The notes under the pieces: model-generated
What the model was told of the DNA's origin: nothing
The model's input: the letters and a program-made list of their open reading frames with translations, nothing else
Database searches by the model: none
Translations under genes and position numbers: made by a program
Source of the DNA: Cyanidioschyzon merolae
Taxonomy: Eukaryota
Reading direction: 5' to 3' (one strand)
NCBI GenBank assembly: GCA_000091205.1
Contig: AP006488.2
Length of the DNA: 64,000 nucleotides
Shown here: one piece after another, positions 32,941 through 43,507 of the stretch
How the letters are laid out: each line of letters begins with the position of its first letter
Numbering within the stretch: position 1 is the stretch's first letter

Positions 32941-33651
32941 ATGCTGGGAAACTCGGATACGCTGGAACCCGCACTTATCCTAACTTTCGAGCGGTTTGTC
33001 GCAGAAGTTGATCTGCTGGTGAAGAGCGAGGCTACGGTGCGTGTGGTAGCACGTCTGGGCCAAGTGTTGGCTGAACTCGGTCTCTTGGTACTAGAGTACC
33101 GACGGAAGCGGGTGTTGGCATATTTTAAGGGGCAACTTCCAAGCGACGTCTATATCGGGAGCTTGGTAGAGATTACTGGGCGCGTATACACCGTGTCTCG
33201 GAGGCGGCCTGGTGCCGAACACCAGCCGAATGGTGCAACTTTTCGGGGCGCTCGTGTGCCGGTATGGGTTTTCGACGAGCGCTTCGTCGGCCTTGGTGCA
33301 GGTCCTACGGGTACCTGGCTCTCAGACGGTGACGCGACCGACAGAAAGGGAGACGCTCCCACGAGCAAGGTCATTGTGGACGTGCTGACGTTGCGGACAA
33401 TGGCGGAGGGCTTCGATATCATGGCTTGGGAAGAGGTGCTTCGCGAACGCGAGTTCTATTTACGGGAGTATTTTGCGTGTCTGGCTGCTGCCGAAACACT
33501 CACGGATCAGACGGGAAAAGCGCCTCCGGTTCAGCAGCTCTATGAGGGAGCGGTCGCCGTTGAAGCCGCGCTGAGGACGGGTCCAGCAAAAGCCGCAGAC
33601 GGCACAGAGGAGGTCGCATGCAAGAGTCTCTCTCCAACAGCGAAGAACTAG
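32941..33651 (+). CDS. Hypothetical protein with a possible OB-fold-like segment (RPA32/Stn1-like?). The track ORF starts at a GTG at 32932; the first ATG is at 32941.
   Basis: Beta-rich segment YIGSLVEITGRVYTV...ATFRGARVPVWVFDE is reminiscent of an OB fold. This is a weak match. Confidence 0.3.
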   Translation: MLGNSDTLEPALILTFERFVAEVDLLVKSEATVRVVARLGQVLAELGLLVLEYRRKRVLAYFKGQLPSDVYIGSLVEITGRVYTVSRRRPGAEHQPNGATFRGARVPVWVFDERFVGLGAGPTGTWLSDGDATDRKGDAPTSKVIVDVLTLRTMAEGFDIMAWEEVLREREFYLREYFACLAAAETLTDQTGKAPPVQQLYEGAVAVEAALRTGPAKAADGTEEVACKSLSPTAKN

Positions 33652-34212
33652 AATGCACTTGGCAGCGTTGTATGCGGACGTCCATGTGGTGCATGAGGCC
33701 GACTGCGGTTCGCGTTGCTCCACGCGCACCTCGATGTGGAGCGAATGAAGCCTGTCGTTTGCTGCGCCCAATGCTGATCAACACACAGTGCGGGAAGCCA
33801 GCTGCAGTTCGTAGTACTCCACAAATCGCACGGGCATTGCCGTGATCAACTTGAGCATTCACCAGAGAGATGATGGAAACGCATCCATGTGGCATGGATG
33901 ACATGCAGCAGGGCTTGGAAAATTCCCCGCCAAACCGTACGCAGATCGTGGGTACTCGGCTATGTCGCTTGCGCAACCATACACGAAGCCACACATGTGC
34001 ACTCGGCGACATCCAAGATCACTGGTTCGTAAAAATACGAGCTGTGCTGTGCCATACCAGGGCAAGGACATTCCGCATCCTGCGAACGTCAGTCTAGCTT
34101 CCCGAAAAGCGCTGAGGCAGTCCCTGTAGTGCTCGTCAGGCACGAAGCAACCGTTGCGCAGCGCTTTGCGGGCACTAAACTCGCATCCAATCGTCGAAAC
34201 GCCTCCACGCTG

Positions 34213-35286
34213 CTAGGCAGTGCCGCCAACCTGTAAACCGAAACCAAACTTGTACTGCTGTTGCCAGTGGTCAATCTCCCCTGACAAAAGGAAACTCACC
34301 CCCGGACTCAGTTTCTCTTCCAGTAACGCGGCAACTTTTCCTAGCGAGGTCACCTGCCCTATCACAGTTGCAGATCGCAAATCAAACTTGTAGCCGGCCG
34401 TGACGTACGACTCCCGACTGCGAGTGTCCCAGAAGAGCTCCGCGGCTAGAGAGACTCGCGGATTCACTCGATGAACATATGAAGCTACCACGGGCCCGAA
34501 GCTGGCAACGGTTGCCGAGAATATCCCATCCGTTGTGAGGAACCTTGCAGCTGCCGTCAATGCACTGAACTTGTTCCGTAATTGGAAAAAGCCCTCACCA
34601 CCCATGGAAAACGAGGGAACAATACTCTGCATATAAGCTAGTGAGATCACACCACCTGTCCCTAGTTTGAGGTTTGCCGAGTAATCACTTCCCCGATAGT
34701 CCAAGTCGTACATGACAGTGGTGGTGGCACTCGTCGGCGGTGGCGGTTGTATCGCAGCTCCGCCAGTAGCCGCAGCCAACATAGCCGCAGCGGCTGCCGG
34801 ATCCTCCGCTGGTTGCCGACTCACTAAAAGCTTGGATATCAGACGTGGTGTATGGGTGTAGAAGAGACGTCCGTTGAACCGGCCGGTCATGTCCATCCGC
34901 GAAACCGCGATCAACGTATTCGTGATATAGTTCACAGAAAGCGCATAACCCGGCGTTGTTTGCGTGGAGCCCATCTCTATCGAGTGCCCGGTAGAAAGCG
35001 TGGGCGTCAGCGGAAGATTCATGTCAAAGCGGGTACCATCAAACAGGTTCGGCCGCAGCACGGTGTTCGCCTCTTGGTTGATCTCCTCGTAGGCGCCCGG
35101 GTTCGGTAACTCTGTTCGTTCGATTGCCCGCCACCACCAACTCGAAGATGTGTACGGGAGCGCATCCCGTAAACCGCTTGGCAACTCTTCACGCCGGATC
35201 GTCGTATCGCGACCCGGATACGAGTCCCGTGCGTGCGTCTCTTCACCAGCACCGGTGCCGGCGGTTGTTTTAAACGTGGACGCCAT
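34213..35286 (-). CDS. TOM40: TOM40 (mitochondrial outer-membrane translocase channel, eukaryotic porin superfamily)
   Basis: N-terminal NPGAYEEINQEA and C-terminal ...GEIDHWQQQYKFGFGLQVG match Tom40 hallmark segments. Beta-rich composition throughout. ATG at 35286 verified. Confidence 0.85.
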   Translation of the reverse strand: MASTFKTTAGTGAGEETHARDSYPGRDTTIRREELPSGLRDALPYTSSSWWWRAIERTELPNPGAYEEINQEANTVLRPNLFDGTRFDMNLPLTPTLSTGHSIEMGSTQTTPGYALSVNYITNTLIAVSRMDMTGRFNGRLFYTHTPRLISKLLVSRQPAEDPAAAAAMLAAATGGAAIQPPPPTSATTTVMYDLDYRGSDYSANLKLGTGGVISLAYMQSIVPSFSMGGEGFFQLRNKFSALTAAARFLTTDGIFSATVASFGPVVASYVHRVNPRVSLAAELFWDTRSRESYVTAGYKFDLRSATVIGQVTSLGKVAALLEEKLSPGVSFLLSGEIDHWQQQYKFGFGLQVGGTA

Positions 35287-35460
35287 AGAGGAGGCCAGGC
35301 ACTGTGCGAGTTACGTCGGAGACCCCGAGCTTAGGCGGGTTACTACGTGTATAACAATCCCAGCTACGCTGTATCCTTTGCGTCCAGACACGAGTCAGCG
35401 GGTTGAAGGTCTCGAGTGCAGTGCACTGGCGAGAAAAGAGCCCGCTGCTGCTGTCGTCGT

Positions 35461-35492
<32 letters not shown>

Positions 35493-36721
35493 AACAAGTA
35501 GAGGCACATTGGAACAGCAGCAGCAGCAGCGGCGGCGGCGGCGGCGCCCTGACGAATGGCGCGCCTACGCGACTTCTCAGCCTGCACCGGGCGAGGTTGC
35601 GCAGTTGCCTGGTGAATATATGCCTGTATCAAGAGTTGGGACTAGAAGGTGAAAGGTGGCGACACTGCTTCAGAGAAAACCGAGTATCGTATACGGTGTG
35701 CTAACGGGCAGTTTTTCGATGCTGCTGCGGTGTTTGATTGCTCCTGCAGCACCAAAGCATCGTTCAAATGCATCTCGAGTCTGGTGAGGATGCCGGGGGC
35801 ATTTTCATGACAATATGCGTTGGTATGGGATCATGAGCTGCCAGCTAGAAAGCAGATCCGCAGCGTGATACGACCTCCCGCTCGAATCAGAGCGTCCTGC
35901 ATTGGCATGCGAAACTTTGTCCGTCAGGGCGAGGTGTAGAGCGTGCGGCAGCTTTGTTTGCGAACAACGTCTGGCATCGTTACAAGTGAACAGCTTGTGA
36001 CAGGCACACACCGACGGGTATCGCAAGTCGCCTCCAGGGAGCCTACTTGCCGCACAAATATACATGCAGGCATGAACAGAGTCACCGCGAATCCCGATAC
36101 GCACACCAATGTGGGTGACGTGTCAACGCTTCGCGCTGGAGCGATGCACCAGACTTGCGGGAACACCAGAGAAACCGGTTATTTATGGACAAGGACATTA
36201 CACGCTGCACCAAAGACGAGCTCGGGGGCCTGCTCTAACCACCACACGCCAGCGATACTCCCGTGTTCATCGTATGCATGGGTGGAGGAAACGACGACGA
36301 CGACGACGACGCTCTCTCTGCTTGCGATCGAGTCGAGTACCCGTCGATATGATAGCCGTTCCCATTGGGCTTGAGCAAAAGTCGCTGCAGAACATCCTTA
36401 GCGCAGTTCGCTGCCCAAAAAGAACCAGTAAGGACTAGGCTCAATCTCGTGTACCTGAAATGAGGGAGTTTTGAGCATTCCCACGGCATCGTTCGAATCC
36501 AGCACATCCACGGCTGACGTATCCCGCTGTTGAGAGGCCAGGTTCATGGGGCAACGCTTGGCGCTCCATTGGGTACACTTTATAGACACTGGGGTCGCGT
36601 AACGCTTCATCGTGGCAAGAGAGTCGCGAGAGAGGGAGCGCTTCTCAAAAGCGCCGTGAACTGGAACCAGCCCCCGCAAGATAGTCCAGTGTTACCGAAC
36701 TAGTGGACAGTGTCTCCAGCG

Positions 36722-37501
36722 ATGCCCGGTTCCGAGGCGCGGAACCTCGCCGGACCCCCACACTCGTCGGGGCCCGAAACCCAGGTGCCCGTTGGTGCAC
36801 CAGCAAACGAGGACTCCCCCGAGCGCCACCAGGAGCCTGTCTTGAACGCCACCCAAGCAGCAGGCATTTCGTTCGGTGTGTTTGCGACGACTACGCTGAC
36901 GAGCGGGTATCTCGTTTACAGACTACGACGGCGGGAGCTGGCGTCGAGCCCAGAGTCGTCTTCGGGGCTCCAGCCGCTACCGAAAACCGTAGACGCTTGG
37001 ACCGAGCGCGGTACGTTGGTTGGCGATACCGCAGCAGTCCAAGCGGCAGCTGTACGGACAGCGTCACTTGCGCTCCTAAGCGGCACTTTGTTATGTGCGT
37101 CTTTCGGCTACATCGGTTGGCGGTTGCTGCTCTGGTACACAGGCACCAACGACCTGGAAAACTTCGCTACAGCGCTGAAGCAACCAAACAGCATGCCAAA
37201 GCGCTTGCGACGCAGCCTTGAAGAGGGGTCTCTCGGGCGTTCGCTGCGGAACTGGTATGCATCGATGACGACGGAGACTTTCGAGGATGCTGGGCGTTCA
37301 GGGATCCGGAGCATCGAACCAGCGGCGACTGGTGCTGTGGATACCGGGACGATGACCTGGCTTCAGAGGGTTGCGAACAGGGCACGTCGCTCAGGCCTCA
37401 TTCTATGGTTCCAGAAGCGAATGCACGGACCGTCGACCGAGGCGAACGGACATTCGCGTCCACCCAGAGAGACGTCTCCTTCGAACCCGACGTCTCCATG
37501 A
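36722..37501 (+). CDS. Hypothetical membrane protein with two predicted TM helices; first ATG at 36722
   Basis: Hydrophobic segments AAGISFGVFATTTLTSGYLVY and ASLALLSGTLLCASFGYIGWRLLLWY. No recognised domain. Confidence 0.35.
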   Translation: MPGSEARNLAGPPHSSGPETQVPVGAPANEDSPERHQEPVLNATQAAGISFGVFATTTLTSGYLVYRLRRRELASSPESSSGLQPLPKTVDAWTERGTLVGDTAAVQAAAVRTASLALLSGTLLCASFGYIGWRLLLWYTGTNDLENFATALKQPNSMPKRLRRSLEEGSLGRSLRNWYASMTTETFEDAGRSGIRSIEPAATGAVDTGTMTWLQRVANRARRSGLILWFQKRMHGPSTEANGHSRPPRETSPSNPTSP

Positions 37502-38389
37502 CGCCACTTTGATGTGCAAGCATGCGGAAACGGACGCCCCGCGGCCTTTGAGGTACGCTCCGGACGGTGGTATGCACCTCTCGGACGAGTGCAGATCGCC
37601 AATTCGAGCTGTTCATGCAGCGGGTCTCTCGATCCGGGGCTCTCTCATGGATATGCTCCATCTACAGCGTCATGGGCGATGGATATGTAATGGAATGTTC
37701 GTTTCATGCGAATATTCAACCGGCCTGCAATGACGATACCCGGGGGAATCATGTTGGTGTACAGAGCGCGCTGCTTGTGCCAAAGACAAACTGTCGTTAC
37801 GAATAGGCTATGATGTCGTGGCAAGGCAGCGCCTATGAGCGTTATGGACGCTCACCTATCTGCTAGCTCGCGTGCAGCTTGGCCAGCTTCCCCGGGGGGT
37901 ACCTTCGCTCATTTGCATTCGAGAGCGAGGATTTTTGCTTTAGGGCTCGCGTGACTGACATACGATGCCCACCAATCAACGGATATCGGCGTCTGGTAGA
38001 CACCGGCAGATGCAGTCGGCACCAGGTTGCAGATGCTGCAGCGCCGAGGCGCCACGGAGCATCGACCTGCAGCTGCCCTTGGTGTACGCAGTGAGGAGCA
38101 GCGACACCTATGCTGGACGCACCGAAGATGTGTCCGCGACGATACGGCACATGGGTATGCACTCAGAGACGCCTCACAGCCTTTTTTTGACAGGGCGCTT
38201 GCTATCGGTTTCGACTTCTCCTTGTATTCGTCGACCGTGGGAGATTGCTCCACAATGCTAGATCTCGTCAACTCCGGAGGTCTCGTCTTCAGCACCGCAC
38301 ATCGTCTCATATTGATGGCGGCGTGAAAGTCTCGGTTCGCGGAGTCCGTGTGTTTCCTGCCGCCGCTGGTTGAACTCACAAGAGCGAGT

Positions 38390-40700
38390 CGTCCTCGAAC
38401 TTTCGCCCTCGTTTACATTTCCTATTATATCAGAGCTCCGTACTTTTCTGTATCCTCAGGGCTCGGCTGGCACTTTTCCAACTCGACCCTCTGAATTGCA
38501 CATCCCAGCTCATGTTGCATGTGTGACGTTCGAAACGCATCTATCGCTATTGTGACGAAACAGTGTGCGCACTCTTTGTGCGCACTTGTCGACGGAGCAG
38601 GTATGCTTTCTTTTCCGGGTACCCAGCGCCCTGCTCCATACGCTACTACGAGTCTTTGACTCTTGACTTCCTCGAGGGCACTCAACGGAATGATAAAGTT
38701 GGCAAAGGCACGCTGCTTCCCACAGAGCAGATTCACACGCAGACGAGCCCACCGTGGCTTTGTATATTCTTTCCACAGCGCCTCGTCATGACCAACACGA
38801 ACTTGCATGAATTCCAGAAAAGCTTCCAAGTCCGCTCCGCGGCTCGATGCCTGGCTGATCGCTTCCAAATGCTCCTTCACTCCTGTACTCCACTTCTCAA
38901 TTTTCTTCCTTGCATTCATTATCCCTGACTCTCGCTAATATCTCGCTCGTGAGAATCTCAGAATACGTATGTCTTTTTGGCGCAAGTTGCCGTCGATACC
39001 ATCTTCTACATGCTTGGGTGCTGCGATGGTCATGATAATCATGTTCCCGGGGACCGCGCCGACGATAAAGTTGTTCTGCTGCACATCCGGGGTCGCAGGG
39101 CCCGCCTCCTTGTCTTCTTCGTGTTACGTCAAGGGCGAAGCCGAGGACAGAACAGGACGATCCGCCTTCGAGCGCCGATAGTCGACAAATATGGCTTCTC
39201 CATCAGTTTCGATCATCCCAGTGAATATCTTTTGCTTGCTCGCTTTGAGACGCTCGAAATCGAAGGTATTCTTCCAGTGCGTCTCCCGGATTTCACGGGT
39301 GAACTCCTTCTTGCTTACATCGAACTCCGGACAGATCTCCTTCATGACGCCGTAAAGGACTCTGGGATCGATTGTCACGAAGGGTGACTTGATGTTGCAT
39401 AATGGAACAACATTGGAGCACTGTTCCGGTAGGGAACCCTTCCGTTTCAACTACTCTTCATTTGCTTCCGCCAAGCAGCTCCTGTTCGGCCATGCGTTCG
39501 AGTTCTCGGTCCAAAAACACGAAATAGTGCAGGATGAGGGGATACCATCTTTTCCATCTTTTTTTTCGAATCTGATATGTTTTATGCTGGGTTGACAAGC
39601 CCCAGCACCGCAGGGTGCTTTCGAATCGCCGCATGGATCACAGAAGCTTCATTCTTTCTCGCGTGTGATGTCTTCTTGTCGACGAATTCGATCTCCTGTT
39701 CATGCTGGCGATTGTTCGTGATGCCGTCGATGACGGCCCATGTCCTCTTTGCGAGAGAGGCCCGGGTACAGCGCAGAGATAGAGCATATCATGAAGCTTT
39801 TGAGGCTCACGATCCTATGATTCTTCATGTTCGTGAGGCATTTGATTGCCCCGTAAGTATCAATATCAGTGCCACCCTGTATCTAGAACCGTTGAAGCAG
39901 CATTGGGGGTGATTTTCGTGGATGGCGTGCACTCGCTCATTTCTCCTCGGCGTTTCCCCTGTGCCAAGCATCAGGCAAGGAATAAGTGTCTAGTTGAAAA
40001 ATTCCTCCCGAATCTCGACTGTTTCCATGTGCATTATGTCGTTATACATCTCCCTCGCCATATGCATTAGTCCTAGAGAAGCGTGACAAGCACTCTTGGA
40101 GTGGGACGCGACACGGTTTCTGACTGCCTCTCGCAACTTTAGCTCATACGCATCCTTGATATGTCCAAGAAGACGGGCTTTCACCAATATCTCGCGGTAC
40201 TATCGTCTTAATTGCAGCGCTTCATTCAGGGCCTGCCTCTTTTGCTCCTTCGTCTTCTCATGCTCCTCTTTGCTTGGCACTGTTTTCCGTTTTTTTTTCC
40301 GACAGCCGGCGACATCTGCCCACTAGGACCCTCCACTACGTTTTCCGTAACACTCCTTTTTTCGTTTGAAAACGAATCCGCTTTGAACACGTCTGCTATA
40401 AACTGTGAAAAAGCACTTGAAGACCCTAATCTGAGTATGGAACGCCATTGAATTAAAAGACGATGCTACGACTTTAGCAGCGTTACATCTTGTCCGTCAG
40501 AGCAAAACGCTAACGGTCAGGATTGCGTTTCCGGTCAACTTCGAGATACGCGCCGTATCTCATGCTTGCCAGATACGGAGGTGCGCGTATCGAACGCGCT
40601 TTATCGAAAAAATAACAGATAGCAACCACTTACTAGCCAATTGGTAACATTTTCTTTCCCGCTTTACGGTAAACTCTGAACGCGGAAAACGTTTGCAGAA
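38390..40700. mobile_element. AT-rich compositional island (about 35-45% GC against about 60% background) carrying decayed ORFs; candidate transposon or virus-derived insertion remnant
   Basis: Abrupt base-composition shift visible by eye (e.g. 39541-39600 is about 35% GC). It contains the interrupted reading frame described in the next feature. No clear terminal inverted repeats were found. Confidence 0.4.
38425..39990 (-). pseudogene. Decayed Cys-rich reading frame (single frame of about 520 codons with about 7 in-frame stops) bearing a weak TnpB/Fanzor OrfB-type Zn-ribbon-like motif
   Basis: Track ORFs 39124..39450(-) and 38425..38919(-) are in the same frame, separated only by TAA (39126-39124) and TAG (38937-38935). 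The same frame continues upstream with few stops (...SFCDPCGDSKAPCGAGAC...). The C-terminal segment ...LVVAYGAGRWVPGKESIPAPSTSAHKECAHCFV... loosely resembles the TSxxCxxC lead-in of the TnpB/Fanzor Zn ribbon. A possible RuvC-I-like FVTIDPRV...IETDGEAI is also present. Confidence 0.35.
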
Positions 40701-41512
40701 CTTCGGGTGTTTACCTCCCAGGAGGAAGGTCCCGCAAACCGGACGAGTCTCCCAGGCTGGTTCTTCATGATCCGTAGGGGCGGGTGCAGTCGCGCGACCC
40801 GAGCAACTCGTCCGCGCTGCAGTTTATCCTGGATTAGGAGCGGGTATGCTGCGTTTGGACGTCACCCTGGACGCGGTGGACGCCCAGTGCATCACGTTGC
40901 GCTGCGGCAATCTGTAGGTCTGTCTGCGCAGCCTGCATGCTCCCAGCATGATAATGAATCTCGACCCCGTATCGCGCAAACTACACCTCAAGCTGATGCC
41001 GTCATCGATATGGCAAAGCGATTCTGTCTCCGTGATGCGTCTGCTCAAATGGTTTAGGTGCGCTTGCTGGAGCTCAAAGCAGGTACTCAGAGCTCGATGA
41101 AACGTACAAAATAACCAGTGCATTCGAGAACAAGTCATGGAACTTGAAGGTAAGGTGCAGCAGCATGATGGACGCTTTCCCGGATACCAATATCCATCCA
41201 ACCATTCCATGATCCCGCGATCTGAGATCCAAGGTCTCAGCAAACGGTTTGTCATCGACGCTGGCCGCCAGCGCACCCTTTACGCGGTATGCGTCATCTA
41301 GGCTCATATTGGACTATATTTGTATAAAAAGGAAAATAACGAACTCTATTTCCCGAACTGCAGCGATCGTCGTACAATGCAATGCAGGCAGCGCCTTCGT
41401 CACAGCGTCTGCTCCAACTTCTCCCTCGCTGCCAGAAGTTGTGCACTTGTCCCATCTGCCCAGTCCTGTGCGCCACGTTGCATAGCTCGGGGCTTGAGTT
41501 GCCCTGAACAGC

Positions 41513-42499
41513 ATGAGCACCGGTTTACGACACTGTATCCGGGCTGTCGGGCGACTCGTGCGGACGCTCTGTACGCAGGCGGAAACTGCTGCTCGCAGTT
41601 CGGGGCCACACGTGCCGCCTCTGCGGCTGCGGCTGCCGCCGCCGAACACTGAGCCAGTGGCCGAACTGTATGGACGCTTCGTTCGACGCATCGGTGTCGT
41701 TGCGCGAAAGATCGGCATGCTACCACACTGGGACGCAAACGGTGTCTACCGTTGTGTGACGGTCCTGCACATCGATAACAACCACGTGATCCAGGTTAAA
41801 CAGCTACCGAGCAACGCGTCGAATCTGAAAGGACTCTCCGAATGGAGCGTTCAAATCGGAGCGGGATCTATGCGACCCTACCAGGCCAAAAAGCCGCATC
41901 GTTATCACTGCGCCTACGCCGGGACCGACGTCAAGGAGAAGCTGGTGGAGTTTCGGGTCGCTCCCGCTGCTGCCGCCTGCATCGAGCCGGGGACGCCCAT
42001 CACTGCGCGTCACTTTATCCCTGGCCAGTACCTGGATGTGATCGGTACGAGCATTGGCAAAGGATTTCAAGGTGCGATGAAACGCCACGGATTCGGAGGA
42101 TTACCTGCATCCCATGGCGTTTCGCTTACGCACCGCTCGCTCGGTGCGACAGGGCAACGTCAGGACCCTGGTCGAGTCTTTAAAGGCAAGCGCATGCCTG
42201 GTCGCATGGGCGGGGAGCGAACCACCGTCCAGAGTCTACGACTGGAACGCGTCGACTGCAAACGAAACTTGCTCTTCGTTTCGGGGCCGGTTCCTGGTCA
42301 TACAGGCAACTGGGTGCTGGTTCGTGATGCAGTCAAAAAAAGTGGTCTCAAGTGGTGGGCAGAGCTCCCGCACTTGCCTCCTTTTCCGACTTTTGTTGCC
42401 GATCCACAGCAGCAGGTCGAGCATGAAGCACCCGCTGATTGGTTTGCAGCACCCCGCCGCAATGTCTGGTTACAGGAGGTGCTCTCGGCCCGAGCTTAG
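41513..42499 (+). CDS. MRPL3: Organellar (mitochondrial-type, bacterial-like) ribosomal protein uL3 with an N-terminal presequence
   Basis: uL3 core GKGFQGAMKRHGFGGLPASHGVSLTHRSLGATGQRQDPGRVFKGKRMPGRMGGERTTVQSLRLERVD...LLFVSGPVPGHTGNWVLVRDAVKK. ATG at 41513 verified. Confidence 0.9.
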   Translation: MSTGLRHCIRAVGRLVRTLCTQAETAARSSGPHVPPLRLRLPPPNTEPVAELYGRFVRRIGVVARKIGMLPHWDANGVYRCVTVLHIDNNHVIQVKQLPSNASNLKGLSEWSVQIGAGSMRPYQAKKPHRYHCAYAGTDVKEKLVEFRVAPAAAACIEPGTPITARHFIPGQYLDVIGTSIGKGFQGAMKRHGFGGLPASHGVSLTHRSLGATGQRQDPGRVFKGKRMPGRMGGERTTVQSLRLERVDCKRNLLFVSGPVPGHTGNWVLVRDAVKKSGLKWWAELPHLPPFPTFVADPQQQVEHEAPADWFAAPRRNVWLQEVLSARA

Positions 42500-42550
42500 T
42501 GAATCTTCTAGATCCATGTGGGAAAAAATGGAACCGGTGGCCTTACTCGG

Positions 42551-42566
42551 GCACACACACACACAC
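42551..42566. repeat. (CA)8 dinucleotide microsatellite
   Basis: Direct reading. Confidence 0.9.
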
Positions 42567-43507
42567 ACTAAAGTTTGCGCCTGCACTCATTGTCTTCATG
42601 AATACCAGCCTTGGCGGGCATTGTCTGCCACTGCATTCTGTTGCGCTCTCGCTCTACATCAGGAACGGAGGGCAATGGAGACATCTGCTTATCAGTTGGA
42701 TGGTGGTAGCGGTTGTTTTTCGAACCGCGTGTTCGAGGGCACCTCGGAATCTCTCACTTCCCGTGACGTAACGAAATCTAGCGACAACGAGCCCAAATAG
42801 CCGCTCCAAAAAGTTGACCCAGAAGCCTCTAACGATAGATGGATGCGTAAGTCTTTATTTCAGCATTTCGAACATGGAGGCTGTACATCGGAGAAACTCA
42901 AAAAAAAAGACGAAAAGCAGAAACAGAGCCACTAGTTCAGCGTTCCATTTTAATCTGAAACAGTTCCAGAACCGGTTCATGACGGGAAATTTCGTGGATA
43001 ACGCCAGCTTCTATGCGAGAGCATAGGCGCGCGAGATGTCTGGCTTGCAAAAGCGGCGCTGTGATTACGGAACACCGCGCCTTGGGTATCGTCCGGCAAC
43101 GAGGCAATGTCAGTGTACGGATGTACCGCAGAGGCTCCCAGCTCAGGACGTTCTCGGGCGAAAAAATAATGTGCTGTGCTGTGCTGTGCAGTGCTGGGGA
43201 CGCATCTTGGGACGTGCATCCAGCTGTCGCCCTCGGTAGGTCGAGACAAGTTGCGCTCTGCTCGGGTGTATCCGCAGCGAAGCCGAACGTTCCAGGCAAT
43301 CTGTTTGATACATCGCCGCTGGCGATGTGCAGCCGCTCGCACGCGACCGCAGCCAGGCATGGTGCGCTATCCCCGCGCACCAGGCGCGTTGTCGTCAGCG
43401 GTCCAGATGCGGTGCCGTTTGGGCCGATGCCTCTACCCGAAGCCAGTGGCCAGCACCGGAAGCGTCACTGGTCTCCAGGCCGCGACCCTAACGCAACAAC
43501 GATCCGC

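Noticed and set aside
36487-36500. GTTCGAATCC (canonical tRNA T-loop heptamer) on plus strand
   Set aside because: Flanking bases cannot form a T-stem or the rest of a cloverleaf.
40563-40588. 8-bp inverted repeat (CCGTATCT...AGATACGG) hairpin at the right edge of the AT-rich island
   Set aside because: Short and isolated, with no matching partner at the left edge; insufficient to call a TIR or terminator.
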